Positions 24,190 through 37,030 of a DNA stretch of 64,000 bases are shown in pieces; position 1 is the first letter of the stretch; each line of letters begins with the position of its first letter. A program made the position numbers and the translations under genes. The stretch covers positions 131,752,001-131,816,000 of the forward strand of contig NW_024704742.1 in assembly GCF_018977255.1 (NCBI RefSeq). Reading direction: 5' to 3'. The stretch is from Callorhinchus milii (lineage: Eukaryota). The notes beneath the pieces were generated by a model. It searched no databases. It was not told the origin of the DNA and was given only the letters and a program-made list of their open reading frames with translations.

Positions 24190-25010
24190 ATGAAAAATGA
24201 TGATATGTTACAAGCAATATGTTTCCTGTAATTATCTCAGAATTGTTGCAAGCCATTTTTTGAGGGGACGGGATCATAGCTTTGCCAATGGTAGCCTACC
24301 TCTGACTAATGCAGTATTTATATTGAAAGCTCAAGTAAATAGCTTAGCAACAATAATAACAATGATTCTCGCATTTGGTACAGCGCCTTTCACACCAGAT
24401 GGACATCTCAAAATGCCTCACAGGAAACGCTGTGAAGTGTAGTGCCTGTGTATTTTGTAAGCCAACAGAACAATTAATTTGCACACAACAATGTCTCACA
24501 AACAGCTATGCAATGAATGACTAATTCTATCAGTTGGCCAGGACATCAGGAGAAACTCCCTTCTCTTTTCAGATCAGTGCCGCGGGAACCTCAACGACCA
24601 CCCGAACAGACAGGAGGGACCTCAGTTTAATGTCTCCTCCGAAGGACGGCACCTCTGACAATCACTGCATTTGAATGTCATCTTAGACTGTTAGTTTGAA
24701 ACAATGGTGGATGGCTTGAAGTGAAATTCTGGGCACACATTTGTGTACTTGCAAGCCCCAAACCAATAAGAGGATCCTTGTTCATGTCAATAGTTCCTGT
24801 CCCCACCTCAAGCCACCTGTTATGCTGTAAGTGTAAGCAAGCCAGTTTATCTTTTTTTCGCTTTGTGAACACAGAACCTTTGGAATGAGGTGCCACAGAC
24901 AAGGAAATCATGGGTGATGAACAAATCCGCACATAAGTGATGTCTCTCCAGAGCACCTGATCTTAGAGACAGGAAATGACAAGAAATCCAGGGGTAAATT
25001 ATGTGATGTT
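24190..25010 (-). pseudogene. Decayed LRRNT-LRR-LRRCT remnant C
   Basis: ORF 24678-24956 KLACLHLQHNRWLEVGTGTI...LIGLGLASTQM, preceded by SCHFLSLRS; after a SINE, 24345-24200 reads LFT*AFNINTALVRGRL...PLKKWLATILR*LQETYC. Confidence 0.65.
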
Positions 25011-25029
25011 GTGATGTGCTGATTAACAC

Positions 25030-25260
25030 CTGCTTAATCCCCCAATCACTCCGCCTCGCACCCTCTTTAGCCTCCTTCAAGTCTTGTCTCAAGACTCTCC
25101 TCTTTGACCATGCCATCGGCCATTCCCCCTTCCCCTTCCATCCTTTCTCCCCACCAGACCCCAGCTCGGGTCTGAAATGTTGTACACTGTCCAGCACCTC
25201 GGGACGTTCTCCCGACGTGAAAGGTGCTATACAAATGTAATCTTGCTGTTGTCGTTGTTG
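25030..25260 (+). mobile_element. L2 LINE 3' end with (GTT)n tail
   Basis: IPQSLRLAPSLASFKSCLKTLLF; tail gaaaggtgctatacaaatgtaatcttgctgttgtcgttgttg. Confidence 0.85.
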
Positions 25261-25704
25261 AGTTCTAATTAAGATTGGTAATCAATTTAGCCACATTATA
25301 GTATTTCACAACACAAACGTGCATTAATATAGCACCGTTCACGTTAGGCTACGTCTTGGAGCTTTTTACAGGGACGGAGTTTGACACAATACAACGTATA
25401 AGGGGAAGGGGTAGAAAGCCAATAGACTTACCTCATTTACTTTCTGATAGGGCAAAGCAGCAGGACAAGAGTGCATAGGTTCAGGGGTGTGAAAGGCAAT
25501 TTTAGGACAGGCTGCATTGGGTTACTAGGAAGAGTCGTTGAAGCAAAGGACTCCGACTCGTTTAAGAAGCAGCTTGTGCTGTACTGGGAAGATGGTGCGT
25601 GTGCGTGTGGGGGGGAGGGGTTGGTGGAAGGGTATTCCAGAAGAATTGGATCAAATGGGCTGACACCGACCCCCCCCCCCCCCCACAATCACACACACAC
25701 AATA

Positions 25705-27720
25705 TAAGCTTCACGTAGTGCCTTGAATTGCTGTTTCAGAGGATACCAGCTTTACAATACATTTTCTATGTATGACAATATTAGTTTCAGGAACTATGTG
25801 AGTATCGAGAATGTGTATTATTTTTGGTCACCGGGTGCCTGACGTGTGGAAACTCATCACCATACTTAAGAGTATCCAAACCAGACTGAGAATTCCACGT
25901 GCTGTATTTGCCACTTACGGGTACAAGTTTCCCTGTATCTGGAATGCTGGAATGGAAAGGAAAGAGAAGAGAGTTTCTTTCAGTGTCCTTACCAAAAATC
26001 TCCTGATAAAATTAATTGATCAGTCATTTCATGGCTGTTTGTGAGATATTCCAGTATGCATATTGGCTATTTTGTTCACCCACAAAGTACAGGAATTCTA
26101 TTTTAAACCACTCTGCAGTGGGTTGAGGTGTCATCTTGACATGAAATCCATTATTAAAATGTATAATAATTAATATTTGATTTAGGTAAATTTATGTTTT
26201 TAATGAGTCAGAGAGTGAGTTTCATCATCTGCTACACATGTATCTACATTATCCATTTGTCCCATACAAATCTTGTTTCCCCTCATTTCTCTGTTCTGTA
26301 ATGAAGATATTGCAACTCTTTGAGTCTCTCTTCATAATTTAAAGCACTAAGTCCCAGAATCATCTCTAAAGTGAAATGTTGCTGCGTTTATAGTCAATAT
26401 ATAGTCGATTCACTTTACTGTGTTTTCTGTGAAGCGCTTTGAGATGTTTCAATGACATGATAACTGCAACATGAAATACAAGGATTATTATTGTATTATT
26501 ATTATTACAACCCCTCTGACCTGCTTACTCCCCAATCCACTACCGCTGCCTCTGCTCAACGGACTCCACCCTCCTGCTTGTCCCTCATGCCGTACGTTCA
26601 ACCATCGGTAGACATGCTTCAGCCACTAGTCCCCAAACTCTGGATCACTGTTCCTCTATCCCTCCGCCTTGCAATCTTCAGGTCACACCTGAAGACCTTC
26701 CTCTTCAACCGTACCTAAGGTCATCTCCCCCTCCCTTGCCTCGGCATCACGTTCCAATATGTCAAGCGCTTTGGGACGCTACACTGCATTAGGGGTGCTA
26801 TATAAATGCAAGTTGTTGGCGGTGTTGTATTATTGTTGCCCTTTCCTGTATTCTCCCCAAAGGTCTTAGTGTCCTTCTGAAGCTCAGATATTCAAAAGGA
26901 CACAAATGTTCCCAAGGTGCATCGTGATATGAGATTAGCTTGATGAGTAATGGGAAGGGGGGTGGGGGGGTTCTCTGTGAAAAGTGATAAACCAGATTAT
27001 TTATATTAACTTAAATTTCACAATTGGGATAGTCAATGTGCAAGATTTCAAAATGGCAACTTGCTAATTCCAAGCAGCACAACAATTAGTAATAATCTTT
27101 GCATTTAACATTACACCTTTATGTAGGAAAGACATCTCAACGTGCTTCACAGGATGTATTGTAAAGTGTACTGACTTTATATTGTTAGGCAAAAACACAG
27201 CAAACAATTGTTGCTCTGTAATGTCCCATTACAACACAAAATTTGACATTTTATCTGGGGGATTGTCGAACAGAACAGTGGTACAATGCAGATTTTAATG
27301 AGGTAGGAATGGCACAGATTTCTTTAATCTCTTTTGGTAGTTTTGCCACTGATGAAACATACATTGAGTTCTAGCAGTCACTGACACAATTGGAATGGAT
27401 TAAGTAAGGACAAGGCACAAAGCAGTATCCGAGGAATATAAAGGGCCAGAAAAAGACCATTGAAGTCCATCTGTCCATTCCCAAAGATATATAACTACAT
27501 ATTTATCATCTCACAGGCAGCATCTGAAGTTGCTTTACTGAAAGCCAACTGAATTAATCTTGTATCCTATTTTTAGATGATGAAATCTGCCATTCACTGT
27601 GTTGCAAGGTGAATCTTTGGACTTCAAGACTGGGATAAATTCAAGAGAAAATTGGCTAGTTATTAAGTGAAGAAGAAATCTACTGAGGGTAATTAGGAGA
27701 TGCAATACAAATTGCAATAC
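25705..27720 (+). pseudogene. Decayed LRR-Ig gene remnant F1
   Basis: CLELLFQRIP (25720); LKSIQTRLRIPRAVFAT (25865); FHHLL/IIHLSHTNLVS...SLSLSS*FKALSP (26220-26370); ILPKGLSVLLKLRY (26850); Ig start PFTVLQGESLDFK...VIK*RRN with TGA at 27668-27670 in the position expected for the C-strand Trp. Confidence 0.65.
26510..26820 (+). mobile_element. L2 LINE 3' fragment
   Basis: PKLW..PLSLRLAIFRSHLKTFLF; tail ggtgctatataaatgcaagttgttg. Confidence 0.78.
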
Positions 27721-29037
27721 AACTTTGCATCTATTCAGCACCTTTCATGTTGGGAGGAAATCCGAAACCTTGACTGGACACCTAATCTGAGGGTAGGAGC
27801 TGTGGGAGGGGAACATAGACCGAAAAATAGTTAACATGCATCCATTACACTATGGTAAAGCATTGTCAAGTGCTTTGAGATGTCCTTCTGACATGAAAGC
27901 TGCCATATTAAAAAAAAATTGGTCACTCAATCCACAGAATTGGCTGCTGCATTTTGCCCACAAAATATACACTCAATCCATTTTACAATATATTCTGTGA
28001 AGTGCTTTAAGACGTTTCAACAACGTGCTAAGGCGCTATGTCAAATGCAAGGATTATTATCATTGATGTAAAATTTATTGTCTTCCATATATTGGGAACA
28101 CAATAATGTATAATATATATATCTTTAAATGTATCATATACAATGGAATTGATGAAATATAACTATTTGTTCCACATGCTGATATTTTTTCTTAGGAATG
28201 ACTCGTATTTTATCTCATTCTGGGATAAAGGTAAATGTGGTTTTACCTCAAAGGCTGAATATGGTTTATTTACTGTGTGTTTGGTAAGCAGGTCAGACAG
28301 ACTGAGAAACTCCCTCGCGCAGTAAAACTAACATCAGACGGTAATAGAGCTCGCTTCAGTAAGCATTTAGACTGTATTTATTGTACTCGGTAAAACACAA
28401 ATGGGATTTTATGCAGCAAAGTAGTTGCCATACCAAACGTCATTATTAATTCATCGCCGTGACATTATGACTCATAGGACACAAACTAGTAGACTGCTGG
28501 GCCCATTTCCTCAGCTAAATGTGTATTCATAAATTGTATGACCTTTCTTCCTCCCCCACTCTCAAGGGGAAAGAACACAGAGGAATAAACCTTTTCCGAA
28601 GAAACAAATAGATGGATGTGACAGTGGACGAATGTCACTACAAAATTATATTAGGTTCTCCCACAAAACACACAGTCACTGCGCTGTACAGTATATCCTG
28701 GGAAGTGCTTTGAGATGTCCTCCTGACATGAAAGGCGCAATACCAAATGTGAGGATTATTAGGATTATTATATTCCATGATCTGTGTTCACCCTTTAAGT
28801 AGCCATGGTTATAGTATAGGACAAAACACTAAAGGCTAAGAGATTAATAATAATCCTTGCATTTGATATGGCGCCTTATCACGTCATTGAAACGTCTGAA
28901 AGTTCTTCAAAGAATATACTGTAAAATGATTTAACTGTATATTTTGTGGGCGAAACAAGATTATTTATTAGTGTATCACAAACAATGACCTAACAAGCAA
29001 GTTAACTTGCAACGCACATCCATTGGGTAAGATGCTG

Positions 29038-29039
29038 TA

Positions 29040-29097
<58 letters not shown>
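29038..29097. repeat. (TAT)n microsatellite, about 19-20 units
   Basis: Seen directly in the sequence. Confidence 0.95.
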
Positions 29098-29099
29098 GC

Positions 29100-29950
29100 G
29101 AACATATAATTTCTGCTTTTATGCATTCGCTACTTCACTACAACATGGCACATCAAGCCCATTCCTTTCACTGGCCAATTCAAAAACCTACCCACCCATG
29201 TTCTGTGTCTATGTTTCCTGAACTCTAAAGGTAATCAAGCAAAAACCTTCAGAATAATTCATCCATCAGCTCTGTTTCAACAGGTCAAAGGAAAACTCCA
29301 TTAAGACCACATCTATCATGCTCCTGTGATTAAATAACATCCATTGTGTAACACTTACAAAATAGCAAAATTGGGGTGTAATTTATAATATTTCTTAAAA
29401 GATTTCTAAAGAAGAAATGCGCATTTAATGAATTCTTTGTAAGAAGTAAAGGCGCTGGATTTAGGAGGAAAGGATCCACCAATTGACTAACAAACGGGTT
29501 CCTATTTACTGCTCGGTAAACAGAGGCGTGTGGAGTAAGGAAACTTGCTTAATATTTTGCCATGGTGGGAATCAATCCGAGATCCTCTCGTTTGTGAGGC
29601 GAATGCTATAATCACTAAGTTACAGGACTCCACATATTATTTACCTATGAATGCGAACAAGTGTCACGCTTATGCCTGGATTCCAAATGAAAGGGTGAAA
29701 ATTTCATGTGAGTATTATCAGCGGTGCATTTGGTGATGTGTGATTATAATGAAGGAAATCCTATCAGCAGCCAACATCACCAAAGACGACGCAAGAAAAT
29801 TTCTACCTGCAAGCATGCAAAGAGAATATTTTAAAAATTTGAATTGAGCAAATAATAGGCATTTAGCATTTCACATAAACAGTGCTGAGTTGTGCTAGTT
29901 TGCTTAAGGTTTTTAGCTGATATCATCATGTTTGTGGAAAACAAATTGTT
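29100..29950 (+). pseudogene. Decayed LRR-LRRCT-Ig(-TM?) remnant F2
   Basis: QFKNLPTHVLCLCFLNSKGNQAKTF; GCNL*YFLKDF*RRN; after a SINE, ERVKISCEYYQRCIW...LSAANITKDDARKF with TC in the adjacent frame; hydrophobic VVLVCLRFLADIIMFV follows. Confidence 0.62.
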
Positions 29951-30166
29951 TACTTTTTGCTTATTCACATTTGATGACACACAAAATCTAGTTGATAGAA
30001 CAATTGTGACAACAACACAATACACTTATACACAATATTCCTTTAAAGGCGTTTCACTGCATTTGCTCATGTGAGGGATGCTATATAAACACAAGTTGTT
30101 GTGGTTGTTGACAACTGGCAGACAAAACCTTTTTCTTACCCTGTTACTATCTCAAACACCCACTTT

Positions 30167-30540
30167 GTGGAATCTTGTAGCTCATGGTTAGAGCAGTCAC
30201 TTCGCAAGCGAGATATCTGGGTTTGATTCCTGACAGGGCGTAATGTTGGGCAAGTTTCCTTATTCCACACGCCTCTTTTTACCTGGCAGTAAGTAGGAAC
30301 CTGGTTATTAGTTGATTGGCAGATCACTTTTCCAGGGATAATAATTCCTTCAAAATTAAAAAAAAATAATAATAATAAATTTGTTCACTTCAATCCACGA
30401 CTGTTTGTGGGACACTACTGTACGCAATTGGCTGCTACATTTCGCCCACAAAATATACAGTCAATTCATTTTACAGTATATTTTGTGAAGCACTTTGAGA
30501 CATCTTGAATACATGATATATCAAATGCAAGGATTATTAT
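30167..30540 (+). mobile_element. tRNA-headed Deu SINE, full length
   Basis: Head gtggaatcttgtagctcatggttagagc, B box gggtttgattcc, Deu core, tail atcaaatgcaaggattattat. Confidence 0.9.
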
Positions 30541-31349
30541 AAAGGAGGTGTTGGAGGTACTGCGGAATTTACCAAAGCTTGAACCTATTGTTAGAAGAGC
30601 TAGCCTTACGGTATAATGTGCTTGCTATCTTGTAATTTGTACTCTTGAATTCTCCAAACACTGCTCCCAAACTATTTCAGTGAGCGAATAGTAAATGTAT
30701 GGAACAGGCTCCCTAGGGAGATGGTGGAAGCAGAAAGTTTCGATTCTTTCAGGAGCAAATTATCTTGGGTATGTAGTTTGGGACTGTTTGGGTATGTAGG
30801 AGATGTGACTGCTAGGATGTGGAAGGAAAACTAGATGGACCTGACTTCTTTTGTCTAGCAATTCTTATGTTCCTACACTCTTGAGCAAGTTTGTGATGTG
30901 AAAATCTTGTCTGAGGCAATTGGACCAAGATTGCCTTTTTGCACAACAACAACTTGCATTTTTACGGTGCCCTTCACACAGGGTAGCATCTCGGAGTGCT
31001 TAAAGGTCAGAGAAAGGTGACTGTCTAGGTTACCTTAAAGGGCAAATTAAAGGGAATTGATAAACCGTTAAAACAATAGAACCCTCTTGAAAACAATCAT
31101 AATTAATCATATCGTCTGCAAATGACAATAAAGGATGGTGTTTCTTTTTGAAATGTCTGATGACAGCTCTAACAGGAAGTCACACCAACTGTAGAATCTC
31201 AGACAAATCTCACTATAGCTGGGGACCTCATTCTGCTCGTGATCCCCACTCTCCTGAAACTCATGGGTCATTCTCTGCACCATGCTTTAACCCACTCAAT
31301 TTAGGTTTGGTTTCATCCCCTTGTTTCCAACAGACTGATCGCCCGCCTT

Positions 31350-31450
31350 CCACAATTTCTCACTGCCTCGCCAATATTAATCAGTCTCACACACACAATC
31401 TCATTGCCTCTCCAATGTTAATCACTCTCACATACAATCTGACTGCCTCA
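31350..31450 (+). repeat. Tandem repeat of about 39 bp (left arm of an inverted pair)
   Basis: Unit tctcacacacaatctcattgcctctccaatgttaatcac, about 2.5 copies, followed by degenerate CT-rich sequence. Confidence 0.75.
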
Positions 31451-31699
31451 CTATTTCTACAAGGCTAGCATTTCTCTCATACGTTTCTCTTTATTGATAA
31501 CCACTTTTGTCTCATGATTTCCCGCTACCTCTTCAATGCTGATCACGTGCTTCCCACAATTTCTGAATCCTACTCTGATTCTCTCATTTATGGTTCCTTA
31601 TCATTACTTCTAACCTAATTGCTGCCATTCCACAGTTTCTCACAGGACAGTTAAAAACCATGAAATGAGACAAAAGTAAGAAAATTCATGTAAATCCCT

Positions 31700-34160
31700 A
31701 ACAAATGGTTTTAAAGGGCAGTTAGACTGTATAAGCTATGTACTGACTAAAGAATGTCATAAAGCAGACTTGAAGATGGCAGCAGCATTTCAATGTTTGA
31801 ATCATTCCCGAGGGCTGCAGTGATCAGGCTTTTCAGGTACAGGATCCTACTGGGATCGAAAATATGCCATTTCTAAACCAGATTTGTCCAATTAATTCTG
31901 TCTTTTGGCTTGTTACTATTGGAAGCCATCAGAAGAGAATGAAGTTAGATAAAATTGGTCCTTCAATTCACTACTGATTTGTGGGTCACTGCAAATTGGC
32001 TGCAGCGTTCACCTACAAAATACACCGTCACAAGACGTTACAGTAAATCAATCCGGAGAAGCACTTTGAGACATCTACCTGATGTGATCGGAGCCAAGTC
32101 TGCACCTATCTTGACAGATGAGTAGGGGTTAATAGATAGCGAGCAGGAACACTGTGTGTGAAAGTCATTAACATTGGAGAGGCAGTGAGAGTATGAGTGT
32201 GAGAGTGATTAACTTTGAAGAAACAGTGAGATTGTGTGTGTGAGAGTGATTAACCTTAGAGAAGCATTGAGCTTGTGGGTGTGAGAATGATTACCGTTGG
32301 AGAGGCAGTGAGATTCTGCGTGTGAGTACCCTAGCATGAATCTTGTCACGTGCTTTTGTTGAGATATCCGCCTGCCTGTTCAGGTGGACTTGAAAACTCC
32401 CATGGCAGTATTTGAAAGAGAGGGGAGTGTCCTGCCCAACAATCTCCCAGCAAAATTTGGCCATTCACTTTCTGGCTCTTCACGAGACATTGCTGTGTGC
32501 AAAACTGACTGCCGTGTTCGCCTATAAAAAGTACACAAACAATGTAATAAGACTATATGTCAAAGGCAAGAATTATTATTAAATTTGGTATCAAATTGGA
32601 AGCTGGTTTCTTTTCAAAACAAGCAATGGAAATAAGCACTCTGCTATGTACCCTGTGTGAAGGGCGCTATATAAATATAAGTTGTTGTTGAAATCTCTGT
32701 CCTCGCTTTCTGGTACTCCATTCCAGAGTGCCTTTGACTCATTCCCTCCCAACCTCCTTTGTTTCAATGTCTGACTCCATTTTTTCAGTCATCTTTCCCC
32801 TCCCCACACCCCTCTTGTTTCCCACCTCGGGTGCCAAACTATAATAATAATAATTGCATTTAATATAGTGCCTTATCACGTCGTTGAGATGTTTCAAAGC
32901 ACTTTGCAGAATATACCGTGTATTTTGTGGGTCAAACGCGGCAGTATGGTTAAGTGCTTTGATACACCCTTCCAATGTGAAAGGCACTCTGTAAATTTGT
33001 ACTTAATAAACAAGCCAAATTAAAAAAATATTTGGTCACTTGATCCAGGTCTGTTTGTGGGACACTGCTGCATTTTGCCTACAAAACATACAGTCAATTC
33101 ACTTTACAGTATATTCTGTGAAGTGCTTTGAGACGTCTCAAAGACATGATAAGGTGCTGTATCAAATGCAAGAATTGTTAATATTATTATCATTATTAAA
33201 CCAGCGTCCAAGTTAAGAATGAATTTAAGCCAAAGCATATGCCACAATTCTGGGCACGCTTAAATTTTAAGACAAACTGGTGGTGCAACAGCTTAAGACT
33301 GGGCTGATTTGAAGGTCTAACACCCTTCCTGCTGAGGACTTCAAACACAATTTGTAAGTTTTATTTCTCGAGAAAAACACGTAAAAAAAGAAATAAGAAG
33401 CAAGAATGAGCAATATAGCAGAACCACCAGCGGAATAATTGATGGCAATTCCCTAACGTTCTGTTGGAGGCAGATGGAAATAATAGTGTCCACTGTGTGT
33501 AAAATTCACTTGGCAGACTTCGGGATACTTGAATTAATTTGCCTCTTGTCGGCAACGTTGAATTAAGATTTTGGCCAATTCCAGATGTTTCGTCAGCCAA
33601 ACCATGCCTCGTATCCACACACGTTCCCTAGGGGAATGGTGTCCCTCACACTCCAGATGTGGGTCCACAGTATTGAAACACACTGCTCTGTTCAGTCAGC
33701 CTACCTTCTTTGACAATGATCATTTTCCTTCTTTAACAATCGACAAAAATTCCAGAACAACTGGAACACTGAACACATGTTGTAAATAATCTAAATATAA
33801 TCCTTATTGGATATTTCAATTCCAGATGTATTGTCAGCCAAACCAGTACTAATGCAACTTGGGTTGATATAGCACCCCTCATCCAGGGTGGCATCCCAGA
33901 ATTCATGTCCCAATATCGACATGTGCTCACCTTGGAGAAAAGTACACCTCAAACTTCAGAGCTGGATCAACATTATTGAAACATGCTGCATCTGGAGGCC
34001 AGTTCGTTGTGTGTTGGAGCACAGCCATTATCTTCCTGCCCACACCTCGGACTCATGTACATACCCATTGAGTGACGGTTTCGCCAATTGGAGCTTCAGA
34101 GTTGAGGCAATAGCTGCTCACCTTTCTACACACCAATCAAGATGGATAACAAGTCCTGGA
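31700..34160 (-). pseudogene. Decayed LRR-LRRCT-Ig remnant G with an internal duplication
   Basis: 34160-33360 PPDAACFNNVDPALK, HVFSVPVVLEFLSI, WLTKHLEL/GQNLNSTLP (frameshifted LxLxxNxxxxLP), NVRELP...WWFC; 33350-33270 AGRVLDLQISPVLSC; Ig C-strand GQIWFRNG at about 31870-31895. Confidence 0.55.
32164..32326 (-). repeat. 41-bp tandem repeat, 4 copies (right arm of the inverted pair)
   Basis: Consensus gtgattaacattggagaggcagtgagattgtgtgtgtgaga, the reverse complement of the 31350 unit. Confidence 0.85.
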
Positions 34161-35789
34161 TAAAAAAACATATGTTCACAAACCTCAACCAAGCCTTAGC
34201 TCTTGCCAGCCTGCAGCTAATTCTTTCTGAGATTAAGTAAGCAAGGTACATCCCTCAGGGAAAGAGTGTGTATGTAGGTAGTGTACATATTTGGACCTAG
34301 GTCTGATTTTCGAAGCTTAATTAAGTCACTGGGGCAGGGAATCACCCACTTCTCTTTTCAAATGTGCCATGGGATCTATGTTGCGTACCTGGACTAGCAG
34401 ATGGGAACTCGGTTTAACATCTCATCTGAACAAATGTATGGGATTGACAAGTGTACACAAGTTTTCTGTTTAATTTAGAGCCATTTTGAAGCAGTCCTAG
34501 CTTACTAAACACATAGCATTACACAGACTGCGTACTTGACAATTGATGTGTCAAAGACAAGCGTAAGTGAGCAGCATTATTGCTCAAGTAATGGACTTAG
34601 GGTGCGGTAAGGAACAGGTGGGGTGGGTGGGGCGGAGGGAAGGCAAAGTAAAGGAGCACTTACAAAAAAATTGGCCACTCAATCCATTGAGTGTTTGTGG
34701 GACATTGCTGTGCGCAATTGGCTACAACGTTTCGCCCACAAAATACACAATCAATCTACTATACAATATATTGTGTGAAGCACTTTGAGACATCTTAACT
34801 ATGTGATATATTAAATGAAAGGATTATTATTATTACACTAGTCAAAGAAATTGACCCAATTTTTGATTCCTTCTCTGAAGTGCAAGGGTGGTGGCGGGGG
34901 TGGGAGGGGCCGGGGGGAGTTAATAAAGCTTCAGTCTGGTCATTCTGGCTCGCAAGCGTGAGACCAAATCTGTGTTAATGGAATGTTAATACATTCTTAC
35001 AAGACAGTGTCTCAGAAAAAACATAAGCTTGCGCATAATGTAAGGTTATGGCAGCCCTCGGGTAGGGGGGGGAGAGAGGGGGAGAGATTGGTGGCGGGTG
35101 GGGGGTGAACAAGGAGGAAGCACGAAGCAGCATTTATTCTTTATCATGCAAGCAATTACTTGCAATTTGTTCTGGCCAGTAAAACTTCTGATATGATCTC
35201 GGTTGCTAAGCAATTCATTTTGAAATGATGGTGTTTTCAAATCAGGTGATCGGTTAATCACCAATACTGGACTCGGAATAGATTCACTATTATCGTGCCG
35301 GAGGATAGGATTTTTTTTTCTGGCAATTTACTTAAACTGCCGAAAGGCTCCTCTCTTCATATCGCCGTACATTTAACATCTTTATAAAATATTCATACAA
35401 ATTGCTTCAAAAAACAACGCTAAGAGATAACAGAGACCGGGCGGTTGCATTTACAATGCAAGGCACAAGGACTAAATTATTTTGGTGGCGTAAAATGCAC
35501 TCAGAAAAAAAGTTTCAGAGTGAGAGAGAGAGGGAGAGAGAAAAATAAATCAAAACATGTTAAGTTCTATCGGAAGGGCAGCTTCATTGCAAAATACAAT
35601 GTAACCAGTGATCTGAGATCAAATATGTTTATAATACAAGTTTATAGTGCAATGGATTCAGAAGGAAGACATGTCAGAACAACTGCAATTCTTTGAAAAA
35701 AAGATGTTAAGAGCTATCCTGCAAATACAGTTTATTTTGATTCTTGATGGTATTTGCTAAGGTTCTCTAAAAGAGACTTTAAATTATGT

Positions 35790-36215
35790 CCTCTCCCAGC
35801 GTCCCAAGGCACTGGACAGTCAGGGATTTGGACCAAAGCTGGGATCGGGGAGGAAGGAGGGCTGGGAGGGTAGGAGGGGGCTGAAGGCTCGGTCGAAGAT
35901 GAGGGTTTTGAGACTCATCTTGAAGGAGGCAAGGGAGGGAGCGAGGCAAAGGGAATGCGGGATGGAATTCCTTAGGGTGTGGGCAGAAAGGCTGAAGGCC
36001 TGACCGCTGATGGTGGGGCGGTCCGGGCAGGTGATGTGGAGCAGGCCACAGCCTGCTGAGCGGAAGGAGTGAACAGGTTGATTATGGGGTCAGGAGGTTG
36101 CAGAGGTAGAGAGGAGCAAGGCGGTGGAGGGCTTTGAAGGCAAGGGTGAGGATTTTGAACTCTATTCTCTGGGAGATGAGGAGCCAGTGGAGCTGGGCGA
36201 GGGTGGGGGTCACGT
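35790..36215 (-). mobile_element. L2 LINE 3' fragment
   Basis: Homologous to 44230-44650 (ttgaaggaggcaagggagggagcgagg...ggagccagtggag). Confidence 0.82.
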
Positions 36216-36219
36216 TGTT

Positions 36220-37030
36220 GTGTTGTTCAAACTTGATGTTCATGGAATCAATGACAGATTAGCTGGTTGGATAGATAACTGGCTTAGCAATAGGAAGCAG
36301 AAGGTGATAGAAAATCGGAAAAGCTCCATCTGTAGGGCACTGACCAGTGGAATTTCACAAAAGGCTGCTCTCGTTCCCCTGCTGTTCACATTATTTGGAG
36401 GACAATAATGGAGGAAAACGGGTTTTGTGATAATTTCTGAAGTGAATAATAAGCAATATTAATCTTGCATTTGATGTAGCGCCTTATCACGTTGTCGAGT
36501 AATCTCAACGCGCTTCACAGGATTTACTTTAACGTGTAGTGATTGTATTTGTAGGCAAATGCGGCAGCTGATTTGTGCATAACAATGCTGCACAAACAGC
36601 CATGACTTGAATGATCAATTTTTATCTGGGTGAGATTGTTGGCCAGGACACCAGGAGAAACACCCTTCCAAGCATCCAATGATACCAAACAAGCAGGTGA
36701 ACAATATGAGGATAAATAGCTTACACAATATAAACCAATTGAGCAGATGGACCAAGGAGTGGCAGATGGATTTTAATGTAGACAAATCTAAGATGATACA
36801 TAATTGGAAAAAGAAACAACAACCAAGTATAGAGGATGAAGGGACAACCGTTATCTAAGGTGAAAAATTAAAATGATGTGGGTGTGATCATTGCTATTCA
36901 TTCACTGAAGGTTTCACTTCAATGTCAAACTGCTGTCAACATCCTGAGGGTATTCAAATATAAATCATAATTTTTTTTTTAACCTTGCATAGATCGCAAC
37001 TGAGACCCCGTTTGGGAATATTGGGGTCTG
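36220..37030 (+). mobile_element. CR1 reverse transcriptase fragments interrupted by a SINE
   Basis: KLDVHGI...WIDNWLSNRKQKV...TSGISQKAALVPLLFTLF; then gagtggcagatggattttaatgtagacaaa (WQMDFNVDK). Confidence 0.75.

Noticed and set aside
32164..32326. CRISPR-like array
   Set aside because: The units are contiguous tandem repeats with no unique spacers, in vertebrate DNA with no cas genes; the same applies to 54173-54298.
33733..33930. GPS-domain-like or Ly6-like Cys motif (CRYWDMNS...W; CVQCSSC)
   Set aside because: The spacing does not complete either domain, and other frames fit LRRs consistent with the rest of unit G.
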